DNA of 64,000 nt, taken from an uncultured Actinomycetes bacterium (lineage in GTDB: Bacteria > SZUA-79 > Acidulodesulfobacterales > Acidulodesulfobacteraceae). Shown here in pieces: positions 12,789-22,782 of the stretch. Under the pieces are notes generated by a model that was not told the DNA's origin, ran no database searches, and saw only the letters and a list, made by a program, of their open reading frames with translations. Made by a program: the position numbers and the translations under genes. The stretch lies in contig CAZVZU010000005.1 of NCBI GenBank assembly GCA_964631685.1, positions 1 through 64,000 on the forward strand, written 5' to 3'. The stretch's first letter is position 1, and every line of letters begins with the position of its first letter.

Positions 12789-13613
12789 TTAGAAATCTTT
12801 AAAAATCCCGATGTTTATACCAAAAGCTCTATAGTTATCTTGGAGAATAAAATATTCCAAGTTCCCTATGATTCCAAAATCTCTTCTTAACCATATCCTC
12901 TGGCGAACCTCTATGCCCAAGGAATTATAGTTTACTTGAGATTGATCTTGTAGCGGCAGATAGGTAGTCAGATATGCCTCATTTCCGGTGGTTATATTAA
13001 GATATGTTTTTTCTTTATAACGCTTTCCGTAGCCTATAGAGTACAGATGCGACCATGACACAGCATTGCCAGGATCGCTGATGGACATGAACAGCCGATA
13101 ACTTGCTATCCATAACTTGTAGTAGTAAGTGATGCCGGTGGAATATATTATGTTTACATTATTACTATTGTATTTTATGTAGGATCCGCCAATCTCCCAT
13201 ACAATATTTTTATGTTTACCTAATTTAAAATTAAAATTGTTGTCTATTCTGAATTTGGGTAAAAAGAGATAGTTAGAGCCCATAGAAATATCAGAGTAGG
13301 TGTATAACCAAGGTAACCAGATTGTGTAAGCTCCAAATGTTCCAAGAAAACCACTGCCCTCTATTGTTCTTGAAAATTCATCTCCCTCAATAAAATAATT
13401 AAATTTTTTATCTGAATTATTGTAATATTTCACTGAACCTATATACCATGAACCATAAATGCTATGGGGTTCGAGAAAATAGTAAGCAGAACTTATATTA
13501 ATCCTATTATTAAGGGGCAAATTTTCTCTGGCAAAAGCCGTTCCTGTAACGAGCGGCGTACAAAATATAGCTAATGCAATGATTAGATATATAAATTTAA
13601 GTCTCATTCGCAT
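12789..13613 (-). CDS. YaiO-family-like outer-membrane beta-barrel
   Basis: Signal peptide (AFA); alternating aromatic beta-strands; FLPKFRID motif; C-terminal Phe. Confidence 0.75.
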   Translation of the reverse strand: MRMRLKFIYLIIALAIFCTPLVTGTAFARENLPLNNRINISSAYYFLEPHSIYGSWYIGSVKYYNNSDKKFNYFIEGDEFSRTIEGSGFLGTFGAYTIWLPWLYTYSDISMGSNYLFLPKFRIDNNFNFKLGKHKNIVWEIGGSYIKYNSNNVNIIYSTGITYYYKLWIASYRLFMSISDPGNAVSWSHLYSIGYGKRYKEKTYLNITTGNEAYLTTYLPLQDQSQVNYNSLGIEVRQRIWLRRDFGIIGNLEYFILQDNYRAFGINIGIFKDF

Positions 13614-13858
13614 ACGTACAGCCTAAAGCATTTTGCTGTTTCCGTCAATAAAAAAATGAAAATACTTTAGTGGTTGTCGCAATAAAGTAGGTCAATGTGA
13701 AAACTATGGATTATTGTTAACAGAACGGATAGAAATTATCTTTACTTCAAAAATAGGGCCGGAAGTCTGAGGAGAAAAAGCAAGTGGTAAAAAAATATCT
13801 ATTATTTTTATGCAATTATTTTGACACATGAGTATTGGGTATGGTACCATTACAACTT

Positions 13859-14440
13859 ATGGCTATTTATCACATAAATCCACTAAATAGTGCACTGTTT
13901 CTACGGATAAATGGCTTGGCTGTGCAAGGCGGTCAGTTTAACCATGCCAATGTTTTTATAGCGTTATATTCTCCCCTTATCATATTGATATCGCTTGTAA
14001 TTGTTTATTTTTCAAGGGCTAAAAGTGAATCTCTATATTCTTTATATACCGTTATTTTCGGACTTTTTATAAATTTTGTAATCGGATTATTTTATTATCA
14101 CCCGAGACCATTCGTAGTCGGATTAGGGCATCTATTGATTCGCCATGCGAGCGATTCGTCTTTTCCAAGCGATCATGCCACGCTTGCATTTTCCGTGGCC
14201 TTTGGATTTTTGTTATTTAATAAAAAATTTTTCGGAATAATTTATCTCTTTTTTGCGGTTGCCGTGGGCTTTGCCCGAGTTTATACGGGGGTTCATTTTC
14301 CCTTCGATATATTCGGTTCCTTTGCTGTTTCCTTGTTCTCAATTATAATTATATATATGGCAAGAAAACCGTTAGCGAATATGAATAGCCGTTTAATAAA
14401 ATTACAAGTGCGGCTGTTTCGAAAGATGAAAATATCCTGA
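13859..14440 (+). CDS. PAP2-family undecaprenyl-diphosphate phosphatase (BcrC-like)
   Basis: HPRPF, SFPSDHA and ARVYTGVHFPFDI motifs. Start set at ATG 13859 because TTGACA...TACCAT overlaps the longer ORF. Confidence 0.85.
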   Translation: MAIYHINPLNSALFLRINGLAVQGGQFNHANVFIALYSPLIILISLVIVYFSRAKSESLYSLYTVIFGLFINFVIGLFYYHPRPFVVGLGHLLIRHASDSSFPSDHATLAFSVAFGFLLFNKKFFGIIYLFFAVAVGFARVYTGVHFPFDIFGSFAVSLFSIIIIYMARKPLANMNSRLIKLQVRLFRKMKIS

Positions 14441-14526
14441 GTCTAATTTTAGTCCGAAGTGTACAAATTCAAATTCAAACATTAATGTAGTAGAGTGTTG
14501 TGCTTTATTGATGTATAATAGTACGC

Positions 14527-16527
14527 ATGGGGCTTTTTAATCTTGTTTCTGAAAACAGTCCGACCGGAGACCAGCCGAAGGCAATAAATTCACTGATAGA
14601 TGGAATTCGTAAGAATTATAAATACCAGACGCTTTTGGGGGTTACGGGTTCCGGAAAGACATTTACGATGGCGCATGTCATTAAGGAGCTTGAAAGGCCG
14701 GCTCTAATAATTGCGCCTAATAAAACACTTGCCGGGCAGCTTTATTCAGAATTTAAATCGCTATTTCCAGAAAATGCGGTGGAATTTTTTATAAGCTATT
14801 ACGATTATTACCAGCCGGAGGCATATGTTCCTTCTAAAGATCTCTACATAGAAAAAGATTCTGCCATAAACGACCAGATTGATAAGATGAAACATTCGGC
14901 GACCCGCTCAATTCTTTCGAGGAGAGATGTTGTAGTAATTGCGTCTGTTTCATGCATATACGGGCTCGGTTCTCCACAAAGCTATGCCAACATGCTTTTA
15001 GACGTGAAGAAGGGTGACGAACTGGATTTAAGCTATGTTTTAAACAAGCTAACCGATATCAGATATGAGAGAAATGATATAGATTTTCATAGAGGGACAT
15101 TTAGGGTAAGGGGTGGTACCGTTGATGTATTTCCGGCCTATGAAGAAGAAATTGCGGTAAGGATAGAGTTTTTTGAGAACGAAATCTCTCTAATAGCCGA
15201 GATTGACCCGCTGAGGGGCATTGTTACAAGAAAGCTTTCAAGGGTTGCAATTTATCCTGCGTCTCATTATGTTGCCGATGAGGTTGTTTTAAAAAGTGCC
15301 GTTAACTCCATCAAGAAAGAGCTAAAAGGTAGGGTGTCGGAGCTTAAATCTTTCGGTAAACTTGTCGAGGCGCAGAGGCTTGAACAACGGACGATGTACG
15401 ATTTAGAAATGATACAAGAGATGGGCTATTGTTCCGGTATTGAAAACTATTCAAGACATTTAACCGGAAGGAAAAAGGGCGAACCTCCTCCAACGCTGCT
15501 CGATTATTTCCCAAAGGATTTTATTATTATGATTGATGAATCCCATGTTGGTATTCCGCAAATTAGGGCTATGTATAACGGAGATATTTCTAGAAAATCC
15601 AACCTCGTTGAATATGGATTTAGACTTCCTTGCGCACTCGATAACCGCCCTTTGAATTTTGATGAGTTTTCATCGCATATAAACAATCTTATCTGCGTTT
15701 CGGCAACGCCGGCGGAATATGAATTAAATATCAGTTCGCAAATTGTAGAACAAATAATTCGTCCGACGGGATTAATTGATCCGCACATTGAAGTAAGGCC
15801 GGAAACCAACCAAGTGGATGACGTAATTTCAGAGATTAAAAAAACGATTAAGGAGGGTGGCAGGATTTTAGTAACGACCCTGACAAAAAGAATGTCTGAA
15901 GATTTAACTGATTTCTTGAATGATAGCGGGATTAAAGCTAAATATTTACATTCTGATATAGATTCACTGGAAAGATTTAATATTATAAGGGATTTAAGGT
16001 TAGGCGAGTTCGATGTCTTAGTCGGCATAAATCTGCTAAGAGAGGGATTAGATCTTCCGGAGGTTGAGTTCATAGGTATTTTGGATGCTGACAAAGAGGG
16101 ATTTCTGCGTTCCAAAACGTCACTGGTTCAGACGATAGGAAGAGCGGCGAGAAATATAAAGGGTAGGGTTGTATTATACGGCAATAAAATAACGGAATCA
16201 ATGCGATACGCTATATCGGAAACGGAGAGAAGAAGGGAAATTCAAAAAAAATATAATAAAGAAAATAATATAACCCCTAAATCGATACAGAAAAATATAT
16301 CCGAGCTTTTAACTACTATATTCGAACAGGATTACATAGATTTATCCGGCGGATTAAATGCGGAAGAACCTCTAATGATTAGTCCCAAAGAGGCCGAAAA
16401 AAGAATCAGGAATCTTTCGAGAAAAATGAAAAAGGCCGTTAAGGAACTCAATTTCGAGGAAGCATCCACTATAAGGGATGCAATAAATGCAATTAAAAAA
16501 CAGATGTTATCAATGGATGCCGTTTGA
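14527..16527 (+). CDS. uvrB: Excinuclease ABC subunit B
   Basis: [36 protein letters not shown]-terminal UVR domain. Confidence 0.98.
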   Translation: MGLFNLVSENSPTGDQPKAINSLIDGIRKNYKYQTLLGVTGSGKTFTMAHVIKELERPALIIAPNKTLAGQLYSEFKSLFPENAVEFFISYYDYYQPEAYVPSKDLYIEKDSAINDQIDKMKHSATRSILSRRDVVVIASVSCIYGLGSPQSYANMLLDVKKGDELDLSYVLNKLTDIRYERNDIDFHRGTFRVRGGTVDVFPAYEEEIAVRIEFFENEISLIAEIDPLRGIVTRKLSRVAIYPASHYVADEVVLKSAVNSIKKELKGRVSELKSFGKLVEAQRLEQRTMYDLEMIQEMGYCSGIENYSRHLTGRKKGEPPPTLLDYFPKDFIIMIDESHVGIPQIRAMYNGDISRKSNLVEYGFRLPCALDNRPLNFDEFSSHINNLICVSATPAEYELNISSQIVEQIIRPTGLIDPHIEVRPETNQVDDVISEIKKTIKEGGRILVTTLTKRMSEDLTDFLNDSGIKAKYLHSDIDSLERFNIIRDLRLGEFDVLVGINLLREGLDLPEVEFIGILDADKEGFLRSKTSLVQTIGRAARNIKGRVVLYGNKITESMRYAISETERRREIQKKYNKENNITPKSIQKNISELLTTIFEQDYIDLSGGLNAEEPLMISPKEAEKRIRNLSRKMKKAVKELNFEEASTIRDAINAIKKQMLSMDAV

Positions 16528-16533
16528 TTTTTT

Positions 16534-18474
16534 ATGAATAGAGATTTAGCTATCAGCATTAAAAATATTTCTCAATCCCCTGGTGTTTATCTAATGAAAA
16601 ACATAGCAGGGGACGTTATATATATTGGGAAAGCAAAAAACTTAAAAAAGAGGGTTTCGCAATATTTTTCCAATAAAAAAACAAGCATTAAGACAGGGTA
16701 TCTAGTCTCAAAAATTCATAATATTGAAACGATAATAGCGAGAAATGAATTGGATGCTTTTCTGTTGGAAAACAATTTAATTAAGCAGTATAAACCCAAA
16801 TATAATATTAGCCTTAAGGATGACAAATCTTACCCCTATATAAAGATAGCAAAATCTGTATTAGATTACCCTTTTATAATAAAGACGAGGAGTTTTAAGA
16901 AGGGCGAGGGAGAATATTTTGGCCCATATTCCAATTCGTTTGCCGTCAGTCAAACTATTAAAACTATAAATAAGATTTTTAAATTAAGAATTTGTAGTGA
17001 TAGTAAATTTAACTCTTATGCGGCAAGGAAAAGGCCATGCCTTTATTATCAAATAAATAGGTGCGTGGCTCCATGTTGTAATTATATAAGCATGCAAGAC
17101 TATAAAAGGCTCGTGGACAATGTGAGGCTGATGCTAAAAGGAAAAAATAAGTCGTTACTGAATGATTTAAAAAAATCAATGAACCAATTTGTCAAGGAAC
17201 AAAATTTCGAAGCGGCTATAAAGGTTAGGGATAAAATTAATGCCATAGTGGTAATCAATGAAAAACAGGTTACTGTCTTGGAAAATGAAAAAGATATTGA
17301 TGTTATAGGATTTTATGGCGAAGAGGATAAAATAGATATAACGGTTATTATTGTGAGAAGCGGAAAGGTAATAGATTCAAGAAACTATTTCTTTAAAAAT
17401 ATGTATTTAAATGACAACGAGATGCTCGCCGCATTCCTAAATAGATACTATTCAAGGATTTTAGAAATTAAGGGAGATATAGCGAATGAGATTTTGATCC
17501 CCATAGGGATAGATATTGATGATAAAAATAGTATCATGAACTATATTCGGTGTTTTACCACTAAATCGATAAAGATAAAAGTAGTCGGTGTCGCCGGATT
17601 AAATGCTAAATATAGTGATATTATGGAGATGTCCCTCAATAATGCAAGAAAAAACTTTATGGAAAAGACTTATCAATATGAAACGGAAGAGCATGAAGGG
17701 GAAAAACGAGGGAATGGTATAGACAGGGATTACAGTAAAAGGGTAAAAGCACTTGGAATTTTAAAGGCAGTTTTGAATTTAAATAAATATCCTGAAATAA
17801 TAGAATGCTTTGATATCTCAAACATATCCGGGACCTATGCCGTTGCTTCCAAGTCGGTTTTTAATAACGGAAAGAAAGACGTTTCGCTATATAGAAAATA
17901 TAAGATTAGGTCAAAGAACACTCCCGACGATTATGCAATGATGTATGAGGTTTTATATAGGCGATTTAACAATGCGGTTCAAGGTAAAGATCCTTTGCCT
18001 AATATTATCGTTGTGGACGGAGGGAAGGGTCAGCTAAATGTTTTGATTAAAGTGGCTAACGAGTTTGAGGAAAAAGGCCTGATAGCCCCTGACCGCATAC
18101 CTGTATTATTGGCTATAGCAAAGGCAAAAAATATGAATAAAAATATTGAAACGGATAGTATTTATTTGCCAAATAGGAAAAATGAGGTTAATTTCGAAAA
18201 GAACAAAGAAGTGATTTTTTTGCTGATGCAGTTGAGGGATGAAGCACATAGATTTGCGGTGGCATATTATTCAAAGCTTAAGAGGAAGTCTCTGGTTGCA
18301 TCGGAATTATTAAATATCAGTGGCGTAGGGGAAAAGACTTACAAGAGTTTGATAGTAAATATGGGTAGCGTAGATTATATTAAAAATACATCAATTATTG
18401 AACTGGCAAGCGTTAAGGGCGTAAATAAAACCGTTGCAAAAAATATATTTAATTATTTTCATAAGCGAAATTAA
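16534..18474 (+). CDS. uvrC: Excinuclease ABC subunit C
   Basis: GIY-YIG (PGVYLM...YIGKAKNL), KDDKSYPY, ECFDISN, DGGKGQ, RDEAHRFA, HhH. Confidence 0.97.
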   Translation: MNRDLAISIKNISQSPGVYLMKNIAGDVIYIGKAKNLKKRVSQYFSNKKTSIKTGYLVSKIHNIETIIARNELDAFLLENNLIKQYKPKYNISLKDDKSYPYIKIAKSVLDYPFIIKTRSFKKGEGEYFGPYSNSFAVSQTIKTINKIFKLRICSDSKFNSYAARKRPCLYYQINRCVAPCCNYISMQDYKRLVDNVRLMLKGKNKSLLNDLKKSMNQFVKEQNFEAAIKVRDKINAIVVINEKQVTVLENEKDIDVIGFYGEEDKIDITVIIVRSGKVIDSRNYFFKNMYLNDNEMLAAFLNRYYSRILEIKGDIANEILIPIGIDIDDKNSIMNYIRCFTTKSIKIKVVGVAGLNAKYSDIMEMSLNNARKNFMEKTYQYETEEHEGEKRGNGIDRDYSKRVKALGILKAVLNLNKYPEIIECFDISNISGTYAVASKSVFNNGKKDVSLYRKYKIRSKNTPDDYAMMYEVLYRRFNNAVQGKDPLPNIIVVDGGKGQLNVLIKVANEFEEKGLIAPDRIPVLLAIAKAKNMNKNIETDSIYLPNRKNEVNFEKNKEVIFLLMQLRDEAHRFAVAYYSKLKRKSLVASELLNISGVGEKTYKSLIVNMGSVDYIKNTSIIELASVKGVNKTVAKNIFNYFHKRN

Positions 18475-18491
18475 ATTTTCCTTCTTACGGT

Positions 18492-19643
18492 TTACTTACT
18501 TATAAATTCTTTTATTTTTTCGATTAGATATTTATTTTCTAATTGTTTTTTAACAGCCACTCTAAAATATTGATTGTTTAAGCCGCGATAATTTTTGCAA
18601 CATCTAATTAGAATACCTACTTTTAAGAGATAGTTTTTTAGGTCTGTTCCCGTAAAATTTTTAGATTTAATTTTAATTAAGAAGTAATTAGCCGCACTCG
18701 GTATTACTGTTAATTCATCTATAGTTTTTAGTTTGTTGTAGAAATTTGATTTTAACTTTTTTAATTTTTGCAATGTGACGGCCATGCCTCCTTTGTCATT
18801 TAAAGATGTGATAGCAATGGCCATGCCGATATTGGTAATCTTCCATGGAATGATATACTCAGAGAACATTCTAATGATTTTGTTATTCGCAATGACGTAA
18901 CCTATCCTTTGCCCCGGCATAGCAAAAAATTTTGTTAGCGACCTAATTATGATCAAATTATCATATTTGCCAATCAAGTGTTTAGCTGAAAATTCTTCAC
19001 AAAAGTCCATAAATGATTCGTCTAAAATCAAGAATACACCCCTTTTTTTCGATTTATTTAATATTGCTTCAATATTATGCAAAGAGGTAATGGTACCTGC
19101 CGGGTTGGAGGGGCTTGCAAGAAAAATAAAACTATTTTCATTCATCTCCTCTATATTTTTTAAAAGATTCACATAGCTAGTTCCCGAAACTTTAAAATTA
19201 TTAAAAGGATATGTTTTTACATGAACAAGGGATGATTTAACGGCCATTGCTGCTCTTTCATATTCCATAAAAGAAGGTTCAATGATAAGAACATTATTCG
19301 GTTTCACGATCCGCGCAGTATTGAAGATAAGATCCGTAGCACCGGCACCTAAAAATATAGATTCTTTATTAACATTGTGATAGATGGATATGGCGTCTAC
19401 CAGTGCATCGGGGTAGGTATCTGGATAGTTCTCAATAAAAAATTTTATCAATCTGCGATTCTTTAAAATTTTGACAGCATTTCTATTTAGCCCGAATGGA
19501 TTGATGCTGGCAGAGAAGTCTATTATTTTAGGCTTTGGAAAAACTACACCTTTAGAATCACAAGTATCGACCGTGCGGGCATATAAATCTTTTTCGTAGA
19601 ATAATATATTTCCGCCATGATTGGAAGAGAGATTTTTTGCCAA
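18492..19643 (-). CDS. cobD: Threonine-phosphate decarboxylase (PLP-dependent, CobD-like)
   Basis: DFSASINPFG, PSNPAG, DESFMDF, RSLTKFFAMPGQRIGY. Confidence 0.8.
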   Translation of the reverse strand: MAKNLSSNHGGNILFYEKDLYARTVDTCDSKGVVFPKPKIIDFSASINPFGLNRNAVKILKNRRLIKFFIENYPDTYPDALVDAISIYHNVNKESIFLGAGATDLIFNTARIVKPNNVLIIEPSFMEYERAAMAVKSSLVHVKTYPFNNFKVSGTSYVNLLKNIEEMNENSFIFLASPSNPAGTITSLHNIEAILNKSKKRGVFLILDESFMDFCEEFSAKHLIGKYDNLIIIRSLTKFFAMPGQRIGYVIANNKIIRMFSEYIIPWKITNIGMAIAITSLNDKGGMAVTLQKLKKLKSNFYNKLKTIDELTVIPSAANYFLIKIKSKNFTGTDLKNYLLKVGILIRCCKNYRGLNNQYFRVAVKKQLENKYLIEKIKEFISK

Positions 19644-19644
19644 A

Positions 19645-20397
19645 TTATCGTTTTGCAGAGCTGTTATTTTTCACTTCATAACCCTTGCGAGAGAGAGCAA
19701 GCTTGTGTCCGACCGTAATACTTTTAGTGAATAATTCTATAAAACCGGCCGATGTCCTTATCGCTTCAGGTACAATTATACTAAGTGAATTAAAATATTC
19801 CATTTTTGTCCTGGCATACAATAACTCAGGTAAAAATTTGGAAGAATTGTGTGCGTTGTAATCAACCCAGCCAAAAGGGCGCTTATCGTCGTAATGTCCA
19901 CTTAGAGGCTTAAATTTATAAGTGCCGCCCTCTAAGGATAAATTTAGATCTAAATAACGCGACGACATCCACCTCTCAAAAACAACATGCCTTCTCAATG
20001 CCAAATTGGTAGTGTGAAATGGTATGCACAAGTCTTGGACCAAATGCGTTGCGCCGCCTAGTGCTATAAATGCTCTTTTAAATCTACCATGTTCCCAATC
20101 TTTTACAGCGACATTAAATAATTGAGCGCACTTGGTACCCGCATCGGAGAATCCCCTGATATAGCCTGCGTGTGAATGAGGATATAAATAGTGCCCGCCA
20201 AACCAGTGAACCCTTAATCTTTTAATGGCAAGCCTATCTATTATGTAAGAACCATGTTGCATTAGTTTAATGCGTTCGTCAGGTTTTAAGCCTGAAATAC
20301 TACGACTAAAAATGGTATTTACAACATCGTGTTTCGAATCATTATAAAGAAGCTCAAAGGTTTTCTCTATACAATAACTGTGTAATTTTGGTTGCAT
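19645..20397 (-). CDS. Zinc-dependent phospholipase C/S1-P1-like family protein
   Basis: N-terminal H (KLH), GHYL, LGGATHLVQDLCIPFH, HVVFERW metal-ligand pattern. Confidence 0.7.
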   Translation of the reverse strand: MQPKLHSYCIEKTFELLYNDSKHDVVNTIFSRSISGLKPDERIKLMQHGSYIIDRLAIKRLRVHWFGGHYLYPHSHAGYIRGFSDAGTKCAQLFNVAVKDWEHGRFKRAFIALGGATHLVQDLCIPFHTTNLALRRHVVFERWMSSRYLDLNLSLEGGTYKFKPLSGHYDDKRPFGWVDYNAHNSSKFLPELLYARTKMEYFNSLSIIVPEAIRTSAGFIELFTKSITVGHKLALSRKGYEVKNNSSAKR

Positions 20398-20517
20398 ATA
20401 TTTGTATTCCCATATTATTTTGAATTCCCATTAACAACTTATATCATATTTTAAAAATAATTCAATACTTATTTTTGATTTGTGAGACAAAGCAATGAGT
20501 CGCTGGGGGTGAGTGAT

Positions 20518-20541
20518 AAAAATGCCGTTTTGTTTGACGGC
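20518..20541 (-). terminator. Probable intrinsic terminator of the selenoprotein gene
   Basis: On the minus strand, GCCGT-caaacaaa-ACGGC followed by ATTTTT. Confidence 0.5.
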
Positions 20542-20617
20542 TAAAAACTCCCAATAAATTTCCATGGTTTTCTTATGGCATTACAATGGGAGGACAGCCT
20601 AATGAGAGTAATAAGTA

Positions 20618-21268
20618 TCAGGATTTGGCATATCCTTCCATAACCTTTTGCAGGAAAACGGATTCTGAAACGGCGCCAACAACTTCTTCATTATTGTTCA
20701 TGACCGTCTTGGGTACGCTAAAGACCTCGTACTCATCGGCAAGATTTTTAAATTCCTGAATCTCCACTACATCTGCTGTTACATTATCGTTTTCGATAGC
20801 AAAATTGTACGCTAGAACCGCCGCCGGCGGACAATGAGGTCAGGTAGGGGTGACAAACACTTGGATATCATAAGGCCTTTTGATTTCCTTAAGTTTCTCC
20901 ACTGTCTTTTCAGAAAGACCAGTATCCTTAGCGGACACATTCATTATTCCGTGGATTAATGTCATAAACTCCTGGCCTGCAGGACTGCCATAAAAACGAA
21001 CGCCATAGTCCTTATCCCCCTCTATGACAATACAAGGTGCTCTTTTAACGGAATATTGTGCAACCTTTTCCTTGTCTTTATCAAAATCAAATTCTTCAAT
21101 GACTATCTTGTCGCTGAGATTTGATACTTCAAGCAAGATGTTTTTCGCCTCGTTGCAGTATAAACAGTTGTTTTCGGATTTAAAGAATAATATCTTAATA
21201 TCATTGTTAAGTTTGGTTTTAAAATCTTTAGTTAGGAACTTAGAATCCTGTTCGCTAAGAAGTGGCAT
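20618..21268 (-). CDS. Protein-disulfide oxidoreductase (PDO/AhpF-N-terminal-like, two thioredoxin folds); probable selenoprotein with U143
   Basis: First site CLYC. The frame continues through TGA (20840-20842) as VFVTPT-U-PHCPPAAVLAY...FSVPKTV...EGYAKS to a stop at 20618-20620, giving 216 aa. AGGGAG SD. Confidence 0.88.
20804..20839 (-). promoter_or_regulatory. Putative bacterial SECIS element
   Basis: Directly 3' of the UGA: CCTC-ATTGTCCGCCGGCGGCGGTTCTAGCGTACAAT, with ATTGT/ACAAT at the base and a GC-rich upper stem with a G-initiated loop. Confidence 0.55.
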
Positions 21269-21329
21269 TTTATCTCCCTAAATTATAGACATGCTTATGC
21301 GGTTATTTGTAGCCAACCCATTTTCCTAT

Positions 21330-21358
21330 ATTGTAAAACATTTTTTTCACAAAATCAA
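21330..21358 (-). promoter_or_regulatory. Sigma70-type promoter of the PDO gene
   Basis: Minus strand TTGATT-17 bp-TACAAT. Confidence 0.55.
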
Positions 21359-21474
21359 TAGTAAGACCTTCTTAATTTTACGTGTGGAACGAGTAATCAA
21401 TAAATCCAATGCCCCTGATTTGATTTTTAGTGATTATAATGGTATATTTAAGAAACCTTAATCTGGAGATTGTC

Positions 21475-22011
21475 ATGTCATATTTACTAATAAAATTGAA
21501 AAGTGGCAAGATATACGGAGCATTATTAATTATGTTTCTTTTGCTGATCGCAGGTCTTGTTCCGCGGCTGTCCAATTATGCTTATTCTGCTACCGTTACG
21601 GTTAAGAAAGGCAGGCAAGTGTATTATTCCGAAAGTAATAAATATATAATACTAAAAATGCCTAACAGCATTGAAGCCTATATCAATAAAAAGAATAATA
21701 AGGTTTATTATCGTTACGATAGATTGTATTATTTATGGAATAAAGGTATATGGTTTAATTCAGAAAAGATAACAGGGATGTTTAAAATAACGCCACAAAA
21801 GGATATTCCTGAACAACTAAGGGGCGGTCCTCTTTTGCGGGTGAAAAGGAAAAAAAATCCTGTTGGTCTTGCAATATTAAAAGTTCCATCGAAGCCTGTT
21901 AAGCATAGGTTGCCTAGGTCTGTTGCCGAGCATTTGTATAACCTACCGTTGACCTTGCATGGTTTGGTTATCTATCAAAAAAAGTTTAATTTTAATGCTA
22001 TGGCAAAGTAG
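21475..22011 (+). CDS. Hypothetical exported basic protein
   Basis: ATG 21475 with GGAG SD; hydrophobic signal/TM; Lys/Tyr-rich. Confidence 0.6.
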   Translation: MSYLLIKLKSGKIYGALLIMFLLLIAGLVPRLSNYAYSATVTVKKGRQVYYSESNKYIILKMPNSIEAYINKKNNKVYYRYDRLYYLWNKGIWFNSEKITGMFKITPQKDIPEQLRGGPLLRVKRKKNPVGLAILKVPSKPVKHRLPRSVAEHLYNLPLTLHGLVIYQKKFNFNAMAK

Positions 22012-22090
22012 CTATCTGGGTTACGGTTTTTTGTGGTAATGATAAAAAATATAAATTTACATCTGTAATAATGAATTCGTTGAGTTAGGC

Positions 22091-22684
22091 ATGAGGTTGT
22101 TGAATATATTAAAGTATCCGGATATAAAATTACGGGTAAAAGCAAGGTCTTTAAACCTAGGTGAAATTGCAGAGAGTGTATCTTTAATTAAAGATATTGT
22201 TTACACAATGTATGGCGCCGAGGGCATTGGGCTTGCCGCCACGCAGGTTGGTATCAACAAGCGTGTCATCGTGATGGATGTGCACAAAAAAGAAGATAGG
22301 GATAAATTTTTTTCTGTGCAAAATAACCTGAAAGAAGGGAATGTTCTTGACGCAAGCGGAAGTCTTATTGTAGCGATTAATCCAGAGGTAGTTTTTAAAG
22401 AGGGCAAGGTTGTTCATGAGGAGGGGTGCCTTTCTATCCCTAAATTTAATGCCGATATCGAACGAGCAAGTAACATTAAGGTTAAATTTTTGGATTTATT
22501 GGGTAAAGAGGTTGTTATGGGTGCGCAGGGCTTACTGTCTATAGCATTTCAACACGAGATAGACCACCTCAATGGAATTTTATTTATTGATAAAGCTTCG
22601 CCGTTGAAGCGTTCTTTATACAATGCTACACTTAAAAAAAATAAGGGTAAGAAGCGAGAAAAAGATATCAATTATACCTCTTAA
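22091..22684 (+). CDS. def: Peptide deformylase
   Basis: GIGLAATQVG, EGCLS, QHEIDHLNG. Confidence 0.96.
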   Translation: MRLLNILKYPDIKLRVKARSLNLGEIAESVSLIKDIVYTMYGAEGIGLAATQVGINKRVIVMDVHKKEDRDKFFSVQNNLKEGNVLDASGSLIVAINPEVVFKEGKVVHEEGCLSIPKFNADIERASNIKVKFLDLLGKEVVMGAQGLLSIAFQHEIDHLNGILFIDKASPLKRSLYNATLKKNKGKKREKDINYTS

Positions 22685-22782
22685 TTCCTAATTTGAATGC
22701 CGAAGAATAATTGCTATTCTTTGTTTTATAAGCGTTTTTGTGTATTTTATTATGTGTTATGTCATATTGTGATAACCCAAAT

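Noticed and set aside
5535..13834. EPS locus as an integrative element at tRNA-Met
   Set aside because: It abuts the tRNA 3' end, but I found no integrase or duplicated tRNA 3' end at the far side. Horizontal origin is possible but unsupported.
13614..13834. c-di-GMP or other riboswitch upstream of the EPS locus
   Set aside because: No recognisable aptamer motifs by eye; an Infernal/Rfam scan would be needed to exclude one fully.
20840..21268. 142-aa truncated thioredoxin-like protein or pseudogene as called by the ORF track
   Set aside because: The stop falls exactly on the catalytic Cys position and the downstream frame is intact; Sec recoding explains it better.
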